A stretch of 64,000 nucleotides of DNA. Source: a virus (taxonomy: Duplodnaviria > Caudoviricetes). Made by a program: the position numbers and the translations under genes. The notes under the pieces are model-generated. The model did no database searches. It was not told the origin of the DNA and worked only from the letters and a program-made list of their open reading frames with translations. Positions 38,352-48,310 of the stretch are shown here, piece after piece. The DNA is taken from positions 27,928-91,927 of IMG/VR virus record IMGVR_UViG_2775506840_000002. One strand, 5' to 3'. Position 1 is the first letter of the stretch; each line of letters opens with the position of its first letter.

Positions 38352-39631
38352 TTTTTTTTGATAATAACTAGGCCATTATCATCTGCCATTTTACCATCAA
38401 CGATCATCAGTGATTTATGTACATACTTGTTTGCTTTTTCATCAAAATACTTCTTGTAAGACATTGCTAAGTTTGAGTTTAAGCAATATTCTTCTAGGTC
38501 CACTAATACGGCAAATACATCACCCGCAACTGCTGCATCAAATGATTTCATATATTCAACTGTTTCAACTAAGCGACCATTCAAACGTTTTTCACCACGT
38601 TCATTGATTCTACCAAGACCAATTTTTTGTCCTGTAGTATCTGTCATTGCATTTAAGTATTTTTCCCATGTTTTCTTATTCATAAGATAAATACCTTTAT
38701 CTTCGTACGCTTCAGGAATAGCACTTTCAGGTTCAGCCCACTTTTTAACTGTTCCAATTTCATCTAATGTCATTTCTACCGTACGTTCTGCTGGTGCTGT
38801 AATTTTAGTAATCCCTTTTGGTTTGCCTGTACCATCACCTGAAATAATTGCTGCTTCAATGGCTCTAATCATAGCAGCTTTAAGGCATTTGATGATTGTT
38901 GATTCGAATACTGGCAAGCTTACAACTGAACTTACAAGTGATAATGCAATTTTTGCTTCTAATAAGTGGTATCCAAACGAAATAGTTGCATTTGCATCTG
39001 CTTTTTGTTCATCTGAAGATACAGTTTCACTTACCCATGTAGCAACTGGCTTTAAGTCTGATTTAGGGATTGAAACGCCGCCTTGGAATGATGTTTGTGT
39101 TACTCTTTGTAGGATTTTACCTTCTTTAGTAGCTTCAGTAATAACACGATTCATAATGGTTGTTGGAATAACTGCCCCGATGTTATCTGTTACTGTGAGT
39201 TGATCCGAACGCATTTCTGCTGTTGGTGCAAATTTATCTGGAATAGGTGTCCCTTTTGTTACATAATCCTTAAATGCATTACGATATTCTAATGTATCGA
39301 ATAGATCATCTGTTGCATCTGCTGAACGTTGTGTGAAGTCTGCTGTTGCTAACGGTGTGAATCCTGCTCCTGGTGTAAAACTTCTTTGTTCTGGTCCATT
39401 AATTGGCTCAGCAACTAATCCATTAACAATATGTGTTCTTTCTGACTGGCCATCATCTAATGATCTTTGCTCTGCTGCTACTTCCATTTCTAATTCTTTG
39501 ATTTCAATATCTGCTTTTCTAAGGTCTAATTCAATTTTATCAAGTTCTTCTTTTGTTTCTGCATTTGTAATCTTTGCTACTAAACTTTTTCTTACTTCTG
39601 TTGCTTTTGCTAATCTTTCTGCTAATGTCAT
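38348..39631 (-). CDS. HK97-type major capsid protein
   Basis: Coiled-coil delta domain, VIPT, GDGTGKPKGI, LNGR.V. Confidence 0.9.
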   Translation of the reverse strand: MTLAERLAKATEVRKSLVAKITNAETKEELDKIELDLRKADIEIKELEMEVAAEQRSLDDGQSERTHIVNGLVAEPINGPEQRSFTPGAGFTPLATADFTQRSADATDDLFDTLEYRNAFKDYVTKGTPIPDKFAPTAEMRSDQLTVTDNIGAVIPTTIMNRVITEATKEGKILQRVTQTSFQGGVSIPKSDLKPVATWVSETVSSDEQKADANATISFGYHLLEAKIALSLVSSVVSLPVFESTIIKCLKAAMIRAIEAAIISGDGTGKPKGITKITAPAERTVEMTLDEIGTVKKWAEPESAIPEAYEDKGIYLMNKKTWEKYLNAMTDTTGQKIGLGRINERGEKRLNGRLVETVEYMKSFDAAVAGDVFAVLVDLEEYCLNSNLAMSYKKYFDEKANKYVHKSLMIVDGKMADDNGLVIIKKK

Positions 39632-39660
39632 ATGGTTTTACCATCCTTTTTTAATATTTT

Positions 39661-40263
39661 TTATTTATTGTATTGGTACTGCATTTGTAACTTACACTTT
39701 TGCAATTCAAAACTATCCTGTTTTGCTTGTAAATTGTTATCCAACAACTCAAAGCTTCTTGCAAAAACATTTGTAGAATCATAAAACGGTGTATCCACAA
39801 CGCTTACGTCATACAATTTTTTAATATTTGTTACTTCACGATAAGTTTCATCATCTCCATAAATCCACGTATCGCCTTTATCTGCTACTGAAAAGCAAAA
39901 AGACATACCATCAATCAATCCTTCCTGAATTGACTTGTATATGTCTCTGTTGCTTTGAGTATCTATTAGTTCGGCTCTTATCAAAAGACCTTTATCGTCT
40001 TTAATAAGCTGTAGGCTATTATTTCTAGTTCTAGCCATAATACACCAGGTGTCATTGTGATTGTATCTAAGTGGTACATCTTTCATATCTGTATAATCAA
40101 GCGCACCTCTCTTAATAACCTCCGTAAATTTTCTGGTACCGTATTGATGTGTTGCTGGTTGGTCATAAACAATGGCATAACCTTCAATAATCATTTTACC
40201 ATCGTCATTGTCAACTGCTCTGAACTCTATAAGGCGTTGTTCGCCCTGTAGCTTTTTATTCAT
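39661..40263 (-). CDS. HK97-type prohead protease
   Basis: IEGYA, YNH, GMSF, DVSVV..PFY. Confidence 0.9.
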   Translation of the reverse strand: MNKKLQGEQRLIEFRAVDNDDGKMIIEGYAIVYDQPATHQYGTRKFTEVIKRGALDYTDMKDVPLRYNHNDTWCIMARTRNNSLQLIKDDKGLLIRAELIDTQSNRDIYKSIQEGLIDGMSFCFSVADKGDTWIYGDDETYREVTNIKKLYDVSVVDTPFYDSTNVFARSFELLDNNLQAKQDSFELQKCKLQMQYQYNK

Positions 40264-41506
40264 CCTTTTCTACTCCTACCTTTCCTAGTTGATATTTATC
40301 TACTAACTCTACATTTGAATAATTTAGAGATTGTATTCTTCGATTGCCTGATTCAGAAGGCGTCATTCCAAACATTTCTGCTACATCATTTAATGACATC
40401 AATCCTGTGTTAGTAGCGAGTTCAGCTATTTTAATTTTGTTTTCTGTGCTTAGATAAGAAACTTTGTTGTAATAGCCTTTTACTCTGTGTCCTATGTCCT
40501 GTTCTCTTTGCGAAAATAATGTACTACTCATTGCTTGTTCAAACTCTATGATGAAATCTTCTATACAAGATTGATAGAAAGCACTATGCTGCTCTCCGTT
40601 ATAGTCACCGCTAATAATGCTTTCACTAATTCCATAACGTTCACGTAAGATGGCTTTTAAGAATTTAAGGATATTATCGTTTACTGTCGCTGGCTTTATA
40701 TTTACTGGTGTAAACTCTCCCGATAAATCAGTCGCTACGATACCAGCTTTACTACTGAAAATATGCTTTTCAAAGTTATCTCTTTCAGTTGCTAGTTTAG
40801 TAGAATCAACCATCGACTTAGCACTGTACACCCCATTTACTTTCAAGCTGGCTTCTATGGATTTAGGTAGTCCTTGGATAACTTGATCTAACACCTTAAC
40901 TGACTTTAGTAAATCTCTGGTATCCGGTGAACCAAAATCATCACCACCACCAATTACAGTATTCTTACCTCTTCTCCATTTTAGATGGATAACATCTGCA
41001 TAGGGTATAATATCCCACGTGCCATCCTTCCAATGGAATTTGATTTCCCATGTTTCACCTTCTGTATTAACACCTATTTCTATGCTTGTAGGATTTAAAG
41101 GGTAAAACGCTGTATACTTTTTAACTTCCTTACCATTTGCACCTTTTACAAGCGTATATTGAGGATAGATGAAACAGTTATAATCTTTTCTTCTTAGCCA
41201 TTCACAACATGCCAGGAAGTCCTTAGTTGTCTGCAATGGGTTAGGCTGAAATCTAAACAGCTTTGTAATGTCATCGTTTTGTTGTACAACACTTTCTGTT
41301 TGTTGTATGACTGAAACTACGTTAATCTTGCTTACCTCCGTAGCTATTCTGTCAATACAGTTATTAACAAAGTCAGATAGATATACATCTTTCCCAAACT
41401 CACTAAATACTGCTTGACCATCATTCATTATTGAAATTAATTCTTTATATACTTTATCTTGCTTGTACTGCTTGAATAACTTGTTGAAATAGTTAGCGCC
41501 TAGCAC
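40256..41506 (-). CDS. Portal protein
   Basis: PNPLQT, DVIHL; between TerL and protease. Confidence 0.88.
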   Translation of the reverse strand: MLGANYFNKLFKQYKQDKVYKELISIMNDGQAVFSEFGKDVYLSDFVNNCIDRIATEVSKINVVSVIQQTESVVQQNDDITKLFRFQPNPLQTTKDFLACCEWLRRKDYNCFIYPQYTLVKGANGKEVKKYTAFYPLNPTSIEIGVNTEGETWEIKFHWKDGTWDIIPYADVIHLKWRRGKNTVIGGGDDFGSPDTRDLLKSVKVLDQVIQGLPKSIEASLKVNGVYSAKSMVDSTKLATERDNFEKHIFSSKAGIVATDLSGEFTPVNIKPATVNDNILKFLKAILRERYGISESIISGDYNGEQHSAFYQSCIEDFIIEFEQAMSSTLFSQREQDIGHRVKGYYNKVSYLSTENKIKIAELATNTGLMSLNDVAEMFGMTPSESGNRRIQSLNYSNVELVDKYQLGKVGVEKDE

Positions 41507-41513
41507 CTTACTA

Positions 41514-43229
41514 TCACCTCCTTATCATTTCTAAATAGTCACTTTTAAACTTGCTCAATGTTGCGTATGCTATGATAAATCCAAGGCTACCATCAATCCT
41601 GTTCTTACTTTGTCCTTGTACCTTAACAGGCATAATTAATCCTAAGTTATTTGTCTTATAGGAAGTATTTTTTAAACACCATCTATCAATCTCATGATTG
41701 TTATAGACAAGGCGTTTCGCTTTAAGGTCTGCCTCTACAATACGCATAGGCCCTGATAATTGTAAGAAATCCATATTAATACGCTCTAATATACCTTCTC
41801 CAAAATGGCTAGCCATAAGCTTTTTAAAGTCAGTAGCATGCCAGTTGTCATACCCCACTTTAAATGGAAGCATACCATAATCTTTATAGAGACTATAAAA
41901 CCATTGGACAATGTATGTAGCATCTACCTCGCTACCAGGACAAATGGTTACCAATCCTTTTGATTCCCACTTTCTATAATTCTTCTTCTCTGGATTGAGG
42001 TCGTTATCTTCTAGTATTGCATCTGCTTTTTCTTCACAAATGAAATACATCGTAAGGGTTTCCACCTTCATGGTTAATGGATCTATAAATAAAGCTTTGG
42101 CATTACATAAATCTGTTGTCTCTGCATAATCTAAGGACCCTATATACATCTGTCCCCTATACTTCTCAGGATCAAACATTTCTGTATTGGTGTATTCAGC
42201 TTCAGATAGCCATGCACTTGAAGCATTTTGCTTGATATTAAAGTCTTTGGCTAATACAAAGGCCCTTGTACTATTGTCCGTTTTGGCCTCTTCTATCATT
42301 TGTCGCATAAAGGACCATTTCTTAATAGTGCCTATCCCTGGATTGCTCTTAGCCCATGACTTTTCATCTTGCCATACTTCTTCTTCACTATCTTGTGTGT
42401 AAAGCCAAATAAGCCAACGTGGTCTATCCAGTTCACCTTTTAATACTTTTCTAGCATCTATAAGCCTTTTATCAAGGTAGCCATCATAAGTAAATCCTTC
42501 TGTTGTTAATTCAAAGTATAGAGGTTCATCCTGTGTAGAAAGTGCCTGGCGAATAGGCATAACTGTCTTATCATCTAACATTTCAAATACTTCATCTACT
42601 GCACCAATCCCTATATTCCTACCTTCTTTAGCACCTGTTTTAGCTGATAGCTTTCGGATATTGCCTTTATTTTGATAGCTGAACTTTCCTTTTTTGGTCT
42701 TTTGCTTTGGATTACCAAAGTAAATCCCTTTTATATTTTTTCTTGTACACTTTGCAAGACTCCTACTTTCCTCACGCATAGCATTAATTGCCTGGAACAT
42801 GAGATCTGCTTGCTCATAGTCATTACTTGCACAAAGCACCTTTTTACCTTCTTCACCACAAAACCATTCAGACAAGCATATTGCTCCTATAAGCGGTGTC
42901 TTACCATTCTTTCTTCCAACTAAAAAAAGTATGTCTTGATATTTCCTAACATACTTCTCCAACTCTTCATCATATATTTTGATTGCAAAAATAGCTTCTA
43001 TAAAAGCCTTTTGCCATAGCATCAGCTTGAATGGTTTGCCAGCATGTGGCGCTTCATAATGCTTGCATTCTTTTTCTATGAATTGTATCCGCTTATCTGA
43101 AGCCTTGTAATCTTTTTGGACAAATGGATTGTTCAAGTCCTCCATAAGCATTTCTAACTGGCTCATTAACTCCTTGCCTATAATACAATTTCCTGATTTA
43201 CATTCCTTGTAATATGCTTCTATCCACAT
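41514..43229 (-). CDS. Terminase large subunit
   Basis: GRKNGKT, VDE, KSNP, YDNW, RIDG. Confidence 0.93.
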   Translation of the reverse strand: MWIEAYYKECKSGNCIIGKELMSQLEMLMEDLNNPFVQKDYKASDKRIQFIEKECKHYEAPHAGKPFKLMLWQKAFIEAIFAIKIYDEELEKYVRKYQDILFLVGRKNGKTPLIGAICLSEWFCGEEGKKVLCASNDYEQADLMFQAINAMREESRSLAKCTRKNIKGIYFGNPKQKTKKGKFSYQNKGNIRKLSAKTGAKEGRNIGIGAVDEVFEMLDDKTVMPIRQALSTQDEPLYFELTTEGFTYDGYLDKRLIDARKVLKGELDRPRWLIWLYTQDSEEEVWQDEKSWAKSNPGIGTIKKWSFMRQMIEEAKTDNSTRAFVLAKDFNIKQNASSAWLSEAEYTNTEMFDPEKYRGQMYIGSLDYAETTDLCNAKALFIDPLTMKVETLTMYFICEEKADAILEDNDLNPEKKNYRKWESKGLVTICPGSEVDATYIVQWFYSLYKDYGMLPFKVGYDNWHATDFKKLMASHFGEGILERINMDFLQLSGPMRIVEADLKAKRLVYNNHEIDRWCLKNTSYKTNNLGLIMPVKVQGQSKNRIDGSLGFIIAYATLSKFKSDYLEMIRR

Positions 43230-43231
43230 CT

Positions 43232-43558
43232 TTAATCCTCATAGTCTGATAAGTCATTATCATCATCTTCAATGTTCTTACCTAATATGTTAGATAGCTT
43301 TGCAATGTAGTTTAGATAGTTGGCTCTTACTTTTATAATCATTTTTGATACCGGAAGTTCTTTTTGCATAGACGGGTTCTTCGTGCTAACAGCTACCAGG
43401 CCACTCTTTTTAACAATCTCGTATAGATCATCCAACTCAACTCTTAATCTAGCAGCTTCCCAAATGGTCCCATCTATTAATTCAAGTTGCTTTTCATCTA
43501 TTCCAGTAAATAATGCTTTGATTCTTTCGTATTCTTGTTTGACTTCCATGTGAATCAC
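43232..43558 (-). CDS. Terminase small subunit (probable)
   Basis: Size and position upstream of TerL. Confidence 0.7.
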   Translation of the reverse strand: MIHMEVKQEYERIKALFTGIDEKQLELIDGTIWEAARLRVELDDLYEIVKKSGLVAVSTKNPSMQKELPVSKMIIKVRANYLNYIAKLSNILGKNIEDDDNDLSDYED

Positions 43559-43599
43559 TCCTTTTTCAAACGTCTTTCAAACTTTCTAAGAAAAAGTCA

Positions 43600-43676
43600 A
43601 ATTTTTAGTGTGTGTATAAATCATGTAGCCACCCGGTTCCCGGGCATATGATCCTCCGAAACACCATAGGGGGGTA
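43600..43676. other. Probable cos packaging region
   Basis: GC-rich island with C/G runs between HNH and terS, the usual cos location in HK97-like phages. Confidence 0.45.
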
Positions 43677-44345
43677 TCACTCTGTGTATTCATCAAACCA
43701 TTTGTCAATGTACTTTGCCCATTGACCTCCTCTGCCACTAACAACTAATCTTTCATAACATTCTTGTCTGCTTGCTTCACAATAAATAAGCTCTGCATTT
43801 AATTCTTTCTGCAGCCGTTCTCTTTCTGCTTTACTCGGATAGCCTCCTATAATATAAGCATCGTACCAATTGCCGTATCTTGTCTTAATCATATCTAGTA
43901 TCTTGTCTCTTACACCAAATACATTGAATCTTAGATTATTAGGATTGTGATACATCTCCTGGCCACTAATGCATTGATAGATACTATCTAAATCAAGTAT
44001 TAAGTCACCATATGTAGAAAGCTGATTAACTAAAGTACGTTTCCCACTTAAAGGTGGACCATAGATAATATAAATCTTTCTTGCTGCCTTACCTTCAAAT
44101 CTTCTATGCTCTTTATTGTGGCAATCACTACAGATAATCTCTATGTTCATAGAATTGAATACTACGTCTAGATCATTAACATTTTGCTCCGTCAATTCTA
44201 TCTTGTGATGTCCTACTAGCCTTGATGTATCTAGGCATATCTTGCCACATCGTTCACACTTTGGCGTACGTTCTACTATCAAGTTATGACGTAACTCTCT
44301 CCATTCTTTTGACGTATAAATACGTTCTGCAAACTCTTGTGCCAT
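43677..44345 (-). CDS. Packaging HNH endonuclease with degenerate P-loop domain
   Basis: CERCG, HH, CSDCHN..H; GPPLSGK. Confidence 0.85.
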   Translation of the reverse strand: MAQEFAERIYTSKEWRELRHNLIVERTPKCERCGKICLDTSRLVGHHKIELTEQNVNDLDVVFNSMNIEIICSDCHNKEHRRFEGKAARKIYIIYGPPLSGKRTLVNQLSTYGDLILDLDSIYQCISGQEMYHNPNNLRFNVFGVRDKILDMIKTRYGNWYDAYIIGGYPSKAERERLQKELNAELIYCEASRQECYERLVVSGRGGQWAKYIDKWFDEYTE

Positions 44346-44346
44346 G

Positions 44347-44835
44347 TTAAAACTCCTTTGCTGCTGCTTCTTTTTTCCTTATCTTAAGCATTGCCTTGTC
44401 ATTCTCAACCTTATGAGGATTGTCTTGCCATATCTTCTTAGCCTTGTTAAGTAAGTAGAACTTCGCTGCTCCTATGTCTGCTGGACTATGCTTTTCTACT
44501 CTAACTACTTCTACCTTCTCAACATTTAACTTGACTCCTTCTTTACTCAGTATCTCTTCTTTTACCTTCACCGGAACTGATTCAGTATAGTTGTATCCAA
44601 TCGCACGTTTGTATAATGACTCCTCAACTGTCTTAACTTGCTCATCAAGTACTTCTTTTCTCTTAATAGCACATTTTTCTAGAAGTGCTAAAAGTGCTAA
44701 ATTCTTGCCTTTTATAGCCCTAAAACTGGCATAACTCATTTCAAGCATCTCTGCCATTTCTTTATAACTCATGCCTTGCAACGCCCATTCCTCAATGGTT
44801 TGAAGGCTATTCATAACCTTTTCTTCGTTACTCAT
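44347..44835 (-). CDS. HTH phage protein of the packaging region
   Basis: N-terminal HTH, VEESLYKRAIGY, PAD..A..F. Confidence 0.7.
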   Translation of the reverse strand: MSNEEKVMNSLQTIEEWALQGMSYKEMAEMLEMSYASFRAIKGKNLALLALLEKCAIKRKEVLDEQVKTVEESLYKRAIGYNYTESVPVKVKEEILSKEGVKLNVEKVEVVRVEKHSPADIGAAKFYLLNKAKKIWQDNPHKVENDKAMLKIRKKEAAAKEF

Positions 44836-44992
44836 TTTTACCTCCTTTTTTTAGCACTTTGAAGAAAACAGTGCTATTGGTTTTAAAAAATGTTGCACAA
44901 AAAAATATTTAGGTATGATTTTCCTATGATTTAACCTAAATACTTTTATATCCTTTATGTATCAAGGCTTTAAGCCCTATTTTTTTATATTT

Positions 44993-45112
44993 TAAAATGC
45001 ACGTTATAACTAAGGTCTATTGCATTTTATAAAACCTTGTCTAGCCTTTGATTTCTTTAACTTTTTATACTTTCTAATTTACTACTTGCATCTCATAACT
45101 GAAAATGATGCA
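44993..45112. other. Two candidate tyrosine-recombinase sites
   Basis: TGCA....ATAACT......TGCA at 44998 and 45087, directly downstream of the recombinase. Confidence 0.4.
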
Positions 45113-45131
45113 TTTGAAAAATTCTTTCCTA

Positions 45132-45770
45132 TTAAATGCGATTTTTCTTTCTCCTTTCAGTTAAGTTATCCATCTTCTTAATAGAACGTTTTCTAAGTAC
45201 TTTATTAAGTCCTAAATACTTAGCTGTTTCAGTAGGTGATACATGCCCAGCGTAGTTCTGTGCTTCGGCTAAGTCATTATCTTTTTCATAGACCATTGTA
45301 ATACTAGTCTTTCTAAGAACATGTGTTGCCATATCATAAATTCCTACTGCAGCACCTGCTGTTTTTAACCTTCTATTGGCTTGTGAATAAGATAAAGGTA
45401 CATTTCTATCTCTAGGACTTGGAAATAAGTATTCACTATTTGATTTACCATATGTATACTCTTTAAAGATTCTTTTTAAATCCGGATGTATATCTATCTC
45501 TCTTGGAGGCTTGGGTTGCCTTGGCCTTTTCTTACCTTCTTTTAAATCCTTTTTATGCAACCTACTCAGATACTTTGTTTTGCCCTCTTCAATTACAAGC
45601 GTATCGCCTCTTACGTCTCTCACTGTTAGCTGTAAAACATCACCTATTCTAAAGGCTGTATAAAGCATAATAGATGAAAGAACGTAAATCATTATGTCGT
45701 TTTCTTCTAAGTAGTCTAATAGCCTAAATAATTGCCTTTCATTATCTATGGGTTCAGTTCTTCTTCCTAT
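45132..45770 (-). CDS. Small tyrosine recombinase (ATA start)
   Basis: RIGD, K, HVLR, GH, Y catalytic set; in-frame N-terminus GRRTEPI from ATA 45770 with GAAAGG RBS. Confidence 0.8.
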   Translation of the reverse strand: MGRRTEPIDNERQLFRLLDYLEENDIMIYVLSSIMLYTAFRIGDVLQLTVRDVRGDTLVIEEGKTKYLSRLHKKDLKEGKKRPRQPKPPREIDIHPDLKRIFKEYTYGKSNSEYLFPSPRDRNVPLSYSQANRRLKTAGAAVGIYDMATHVLRKTSITMVYEKDNDLAEAQNYAGHVSPTETAKYLGLNKVLRKRSIKKMDNLTERRKKNRI

Positions 45771-45785
45771 GCTCTCACAACCTTT

Positions 45786-46541
45786 CTAATAATTTGTAAT
45801 GATTAGCTCTCTATATTCTTTTCTAGCCTTTTGCTCTTTGGATATTGAATAGGATACTTGTACTTCTTCTATGTTAAAATCTTTGTACCATTCCCTTACT
45901 TTAGGATGGTCGTTGATTGTAACCATAAATTTACCTTTTATCTGAGATAATGTATCCCTTAACAAAAGATGCTCTTGCTCTCCAAACTCATTCCCATAAC
46001 CTGCAGTTTCAAAATAAGGTGGATCACAAAAGAAAAAGCTGTGAGGTCTATCATATCTTTTGATAATATCCTCAAAGCTTTTATTCTCAACATATGTATT
46101 TCTAAGTCTTTCTTTTATATTACCTAGTACGCCTTGATAATATATCTGTGGCGCTGGCTTACTGGTTGTTCCATAACCAAAGGTTTCACCCTTACTCGCA
46201 AAACTTTGTGAGATGAGATAGAGAAAGCGTACTGCTCTTTGAATCTCTGTAAGATATTCAACTGTACAGTGCTTATACTCTTCAAACATATCTCTACCAG
46301 AAAACTCATACTCTAATACTCTTTCTATTTCTGGTGCGTGATACTTGATCATACGGAACATATTGATAAGTTCTTTGTCAATGTCATTAATCACTTCAAC
46401 TTTACTAGGTTCTTTGCCAAAGTATACCCATCCAGCTCCAAAGAACGGCTCTACATAACAAATATGTTCAGGTATTCTTTTTATAATTGTTTTTCTTAAT
46501 TTTGATTTCCCTCCCATTCTAGGGATTGGTGGTTTCATCAT
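45786..46541 (-). CDS. D12-class DNA adenine methyltransferase
   Basis: MGGKS, EPFFGAG, DPPY. Confidence 0.9.
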   Translation of the reverse strand: MMKPPIPRMGGKSKLRKTIIKRIPEHICYVEPFFGAGWVYFGKEPSKVEVINDIDKELINMFRMIKYHAPEIERVLEYEFSGRDMFEEYKHCTVEYLTEIQRAVRFLYLISQSFASKGETFGYGTTSKPAPQIYYQGVLGNIKERLRNTYVENKSFEDIIKRYDRPHSFFFCDPPYFETAGYGNEFGEQEHLLLRDTLSQIKGKFMVTINDHPKVREWYKDFNIEEVQVSYSISKEQKARKEYRELIITNY

Positions 46542-46634
46542 TTGTAATGTGCTCCTTTATGGTTTTATTTGGGTCAAATCTTTTGTACACACCATTAAAG
46601 TCGCTTTCAAAACAGTTTTTTACTAGATTGAAAT

Positions 46635-46670
46635 AAAAATGCACCTAGCATTAACACTAGGTGCATTTTT
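46635..46670. terminator. Bidirectional terminator
   Basis: AAAAATGCACCTAG/CTAGGTGCATTTTT. Confidence 0.75.
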
Positions 46671-46757
46671 AAATATTTGATAAGTTGACTTATCATTTTA
46701 ATATTTAGGGGGAATTAGGATGAACTTTAGGTAAAGGGTTTATCTATCATTCACCTA

Positions 46758-46813
46758 ATACTATATTACCATGTTGATACTATCAAAAAGTCCTATAAAA
46801 GTATGTGAAAAGT
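46758..46813 (-). promoter_or_regulatory. Candidate late promoter with activator repeats
   Basis: AAAAGT at 46786, 46797, 46808 (11-bp phase) adjoining TTGATA -35. Confidence 0.45.
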
Positions 46814-46821
46814 ATGGTACT

Positions 46822-47547
46822 TTAGTACCAAATATTTTTTATTCCCTCTTTTATATTATAAAAATTTTCATTTGCTACTTTTATCTTTTTATTCCTAAAC
46901 TCTTTTCTTTTAAATGATATTATATTTTCCATAGTTGCCTTTATAGGTGTTAGTCTAGTTCTTTCAACTGAATTATTATAATCTTCATCTAAAACCATAT
47001 CTGCCATTCCGCACCATACTATACATATTAATATAATCGTGCCTATAAATAATAACACTTTATAATACATTAAAATGCTATATGTTTGATAAATTGTACT
47101 CACTGTAAGTATTATTCCTGTCAGACTTATATCACGATAATATCTTTTCATTTCTTTAATATCTTGTATTTCATTCCATATACTATCGTTTATAGATATA
47201 TGCTTAATTTCACTAAATAAATAAAAACCCCATGGGATAAATACGATAATGTTCATTATTGCCAAAATTGTATTTAGATAGATGTATATTGTACTCATTA
47301 TAAATATTAGTTCTTCCATCTGAGTTATTTTTATAATAAGAAATGGCATTAGTGCTAATATATTTATAAATAACAAAAATTTTAATGCCTTTATTGACAC
47401 ATTACTTTGATCCTGCAAAGAACCATATTGATGACCATACAATATTTGTTTTCTTTCGAGCTTTAATTTTCTAACTTCTTTAAATCTAATAACCACAAAT
47501 CCTAACAACATCAAGTACACACCTATAAATATTAATATTTCTACCAT
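46822..47547 (-). CDS. Multi-pass membrane protein (moron)
   Basis: About 5 TM segments, very AT-rich. Confidence 0.65.
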   Translation of the reverse strand: MVEILIFIGVYLMLLGFVVIRFKEVRKLKLERKQILYGHQYGSLQDQSNVSIKALKFLLFINILALMPFLIIKITQMEELIFIMSTIYIYLNTILAIMNIIVFIPWGFYLFSEIKHISINDSIWNEIQDIKEMKRYYRDISLTGIILTVSTIYQTYSILMYYKVLLFIGTIILICIVWCGMADMVLDEDYNNSVERTRLTPIKATMENIISFKRKEFRNKKIKVANENFYNIKEGIKNIWY

Positions 47548-47649
47548 ACCCTACTCCTTTTTAATTTTATTATAAGTTATATACTCTTATTATATCAACT
47601 TGTAAAATTTATACTTCTACTTAACAAAAGAGTAGATTTATATCTACTC

Positions 47650-48288
47650 TTAAACTTGTTCATATCGTCTCTTTTTCCATTCTTGTCTTGCCCAATTTGT
47701 ATTTCTTATTTTACCTAACGCCTTGTTTTTGCTATGTATAGTTTTCTTTAACTCCATACAATACATATCTGCAATCTCACTTATTCCTATGCATTCACCA
47801 TCCCATCCAAAATTAAGTTTTATAATAGTATTTTCTATTAATGTTAAGTTTCTACTCATGATATTTTCCAATGCTTCTCTAACTTCTTCGTAATATATAG
47901 ATTTCTCTACATATTCAAACTTGTTATACCTATCCTCTAAAGTATCTTCTATTTTAAGCCCTTCATCATTAATAGTCATTTGCAAACTTACTTCTTCATT
48001 AGTATTTTTTTGCTCAATAAATCTAGCCATCTTTTTATAAATCCAATATATAGCATATGTCATAAATTTAGCTTTCTTAGGATTATCAAAATCATATCTA
48101 TTACAAGCATCCATTAGGCCAATGTATCCCTCTTGGATCAAATCATCTATATCTATTGAGTTAGTTTTACCTATGTAAAATTTACTGGCTAGCTTACACA
48201 CTATATTCTCATTCTGCCTTATAATATCTTCTAGGATATTCAATTCTCCTTGTTGATACCTAAGAACTAATTCTTCATTATTTGTCAT
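47650..48288 (-). CDS. Phage-encoded sigma-70 family factor
   Basis: DLIQEGYIGL..A..RYD, F.TYA..WI, region 4 HTH. Confidence 0.85.
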   Translation of the reverse strand: MTNNEELVLRYQQGELNILEDIIRQNENIVCKLASKFYIGKTNSIDIDDLIQEGYIGLMDACNRYDFDNPKKAKFMTYAIYWIYKKMARFIEQKNTNEEVSLQMTINDEGLKIEDTLEDRYNKFEYVEKSIYYEEVREALENIMSRNLTLIENTIIKLNFGWDGECIGISEIADMYCMELKKTIHSKNKALGKIRNTNWARQEWKKRRYEQV

Positions 48289-48310
48289 TGATATATCCCC
48301 CTTTTTTACT

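Noticed and set aside
5664-42923. Numerous short ORFs antisense to long phage genes (e.g. 5664, 7475, 11864, 33787, 38823, 39333, 42672)
   Set aside because: Shadow frames of well-supported genes, lacking RBS and recognisable motifs
44347-44835. Transposase
   Set aside because: Only an HTH and a phage packaging-region motif; no catalytic domain or flanking repeats
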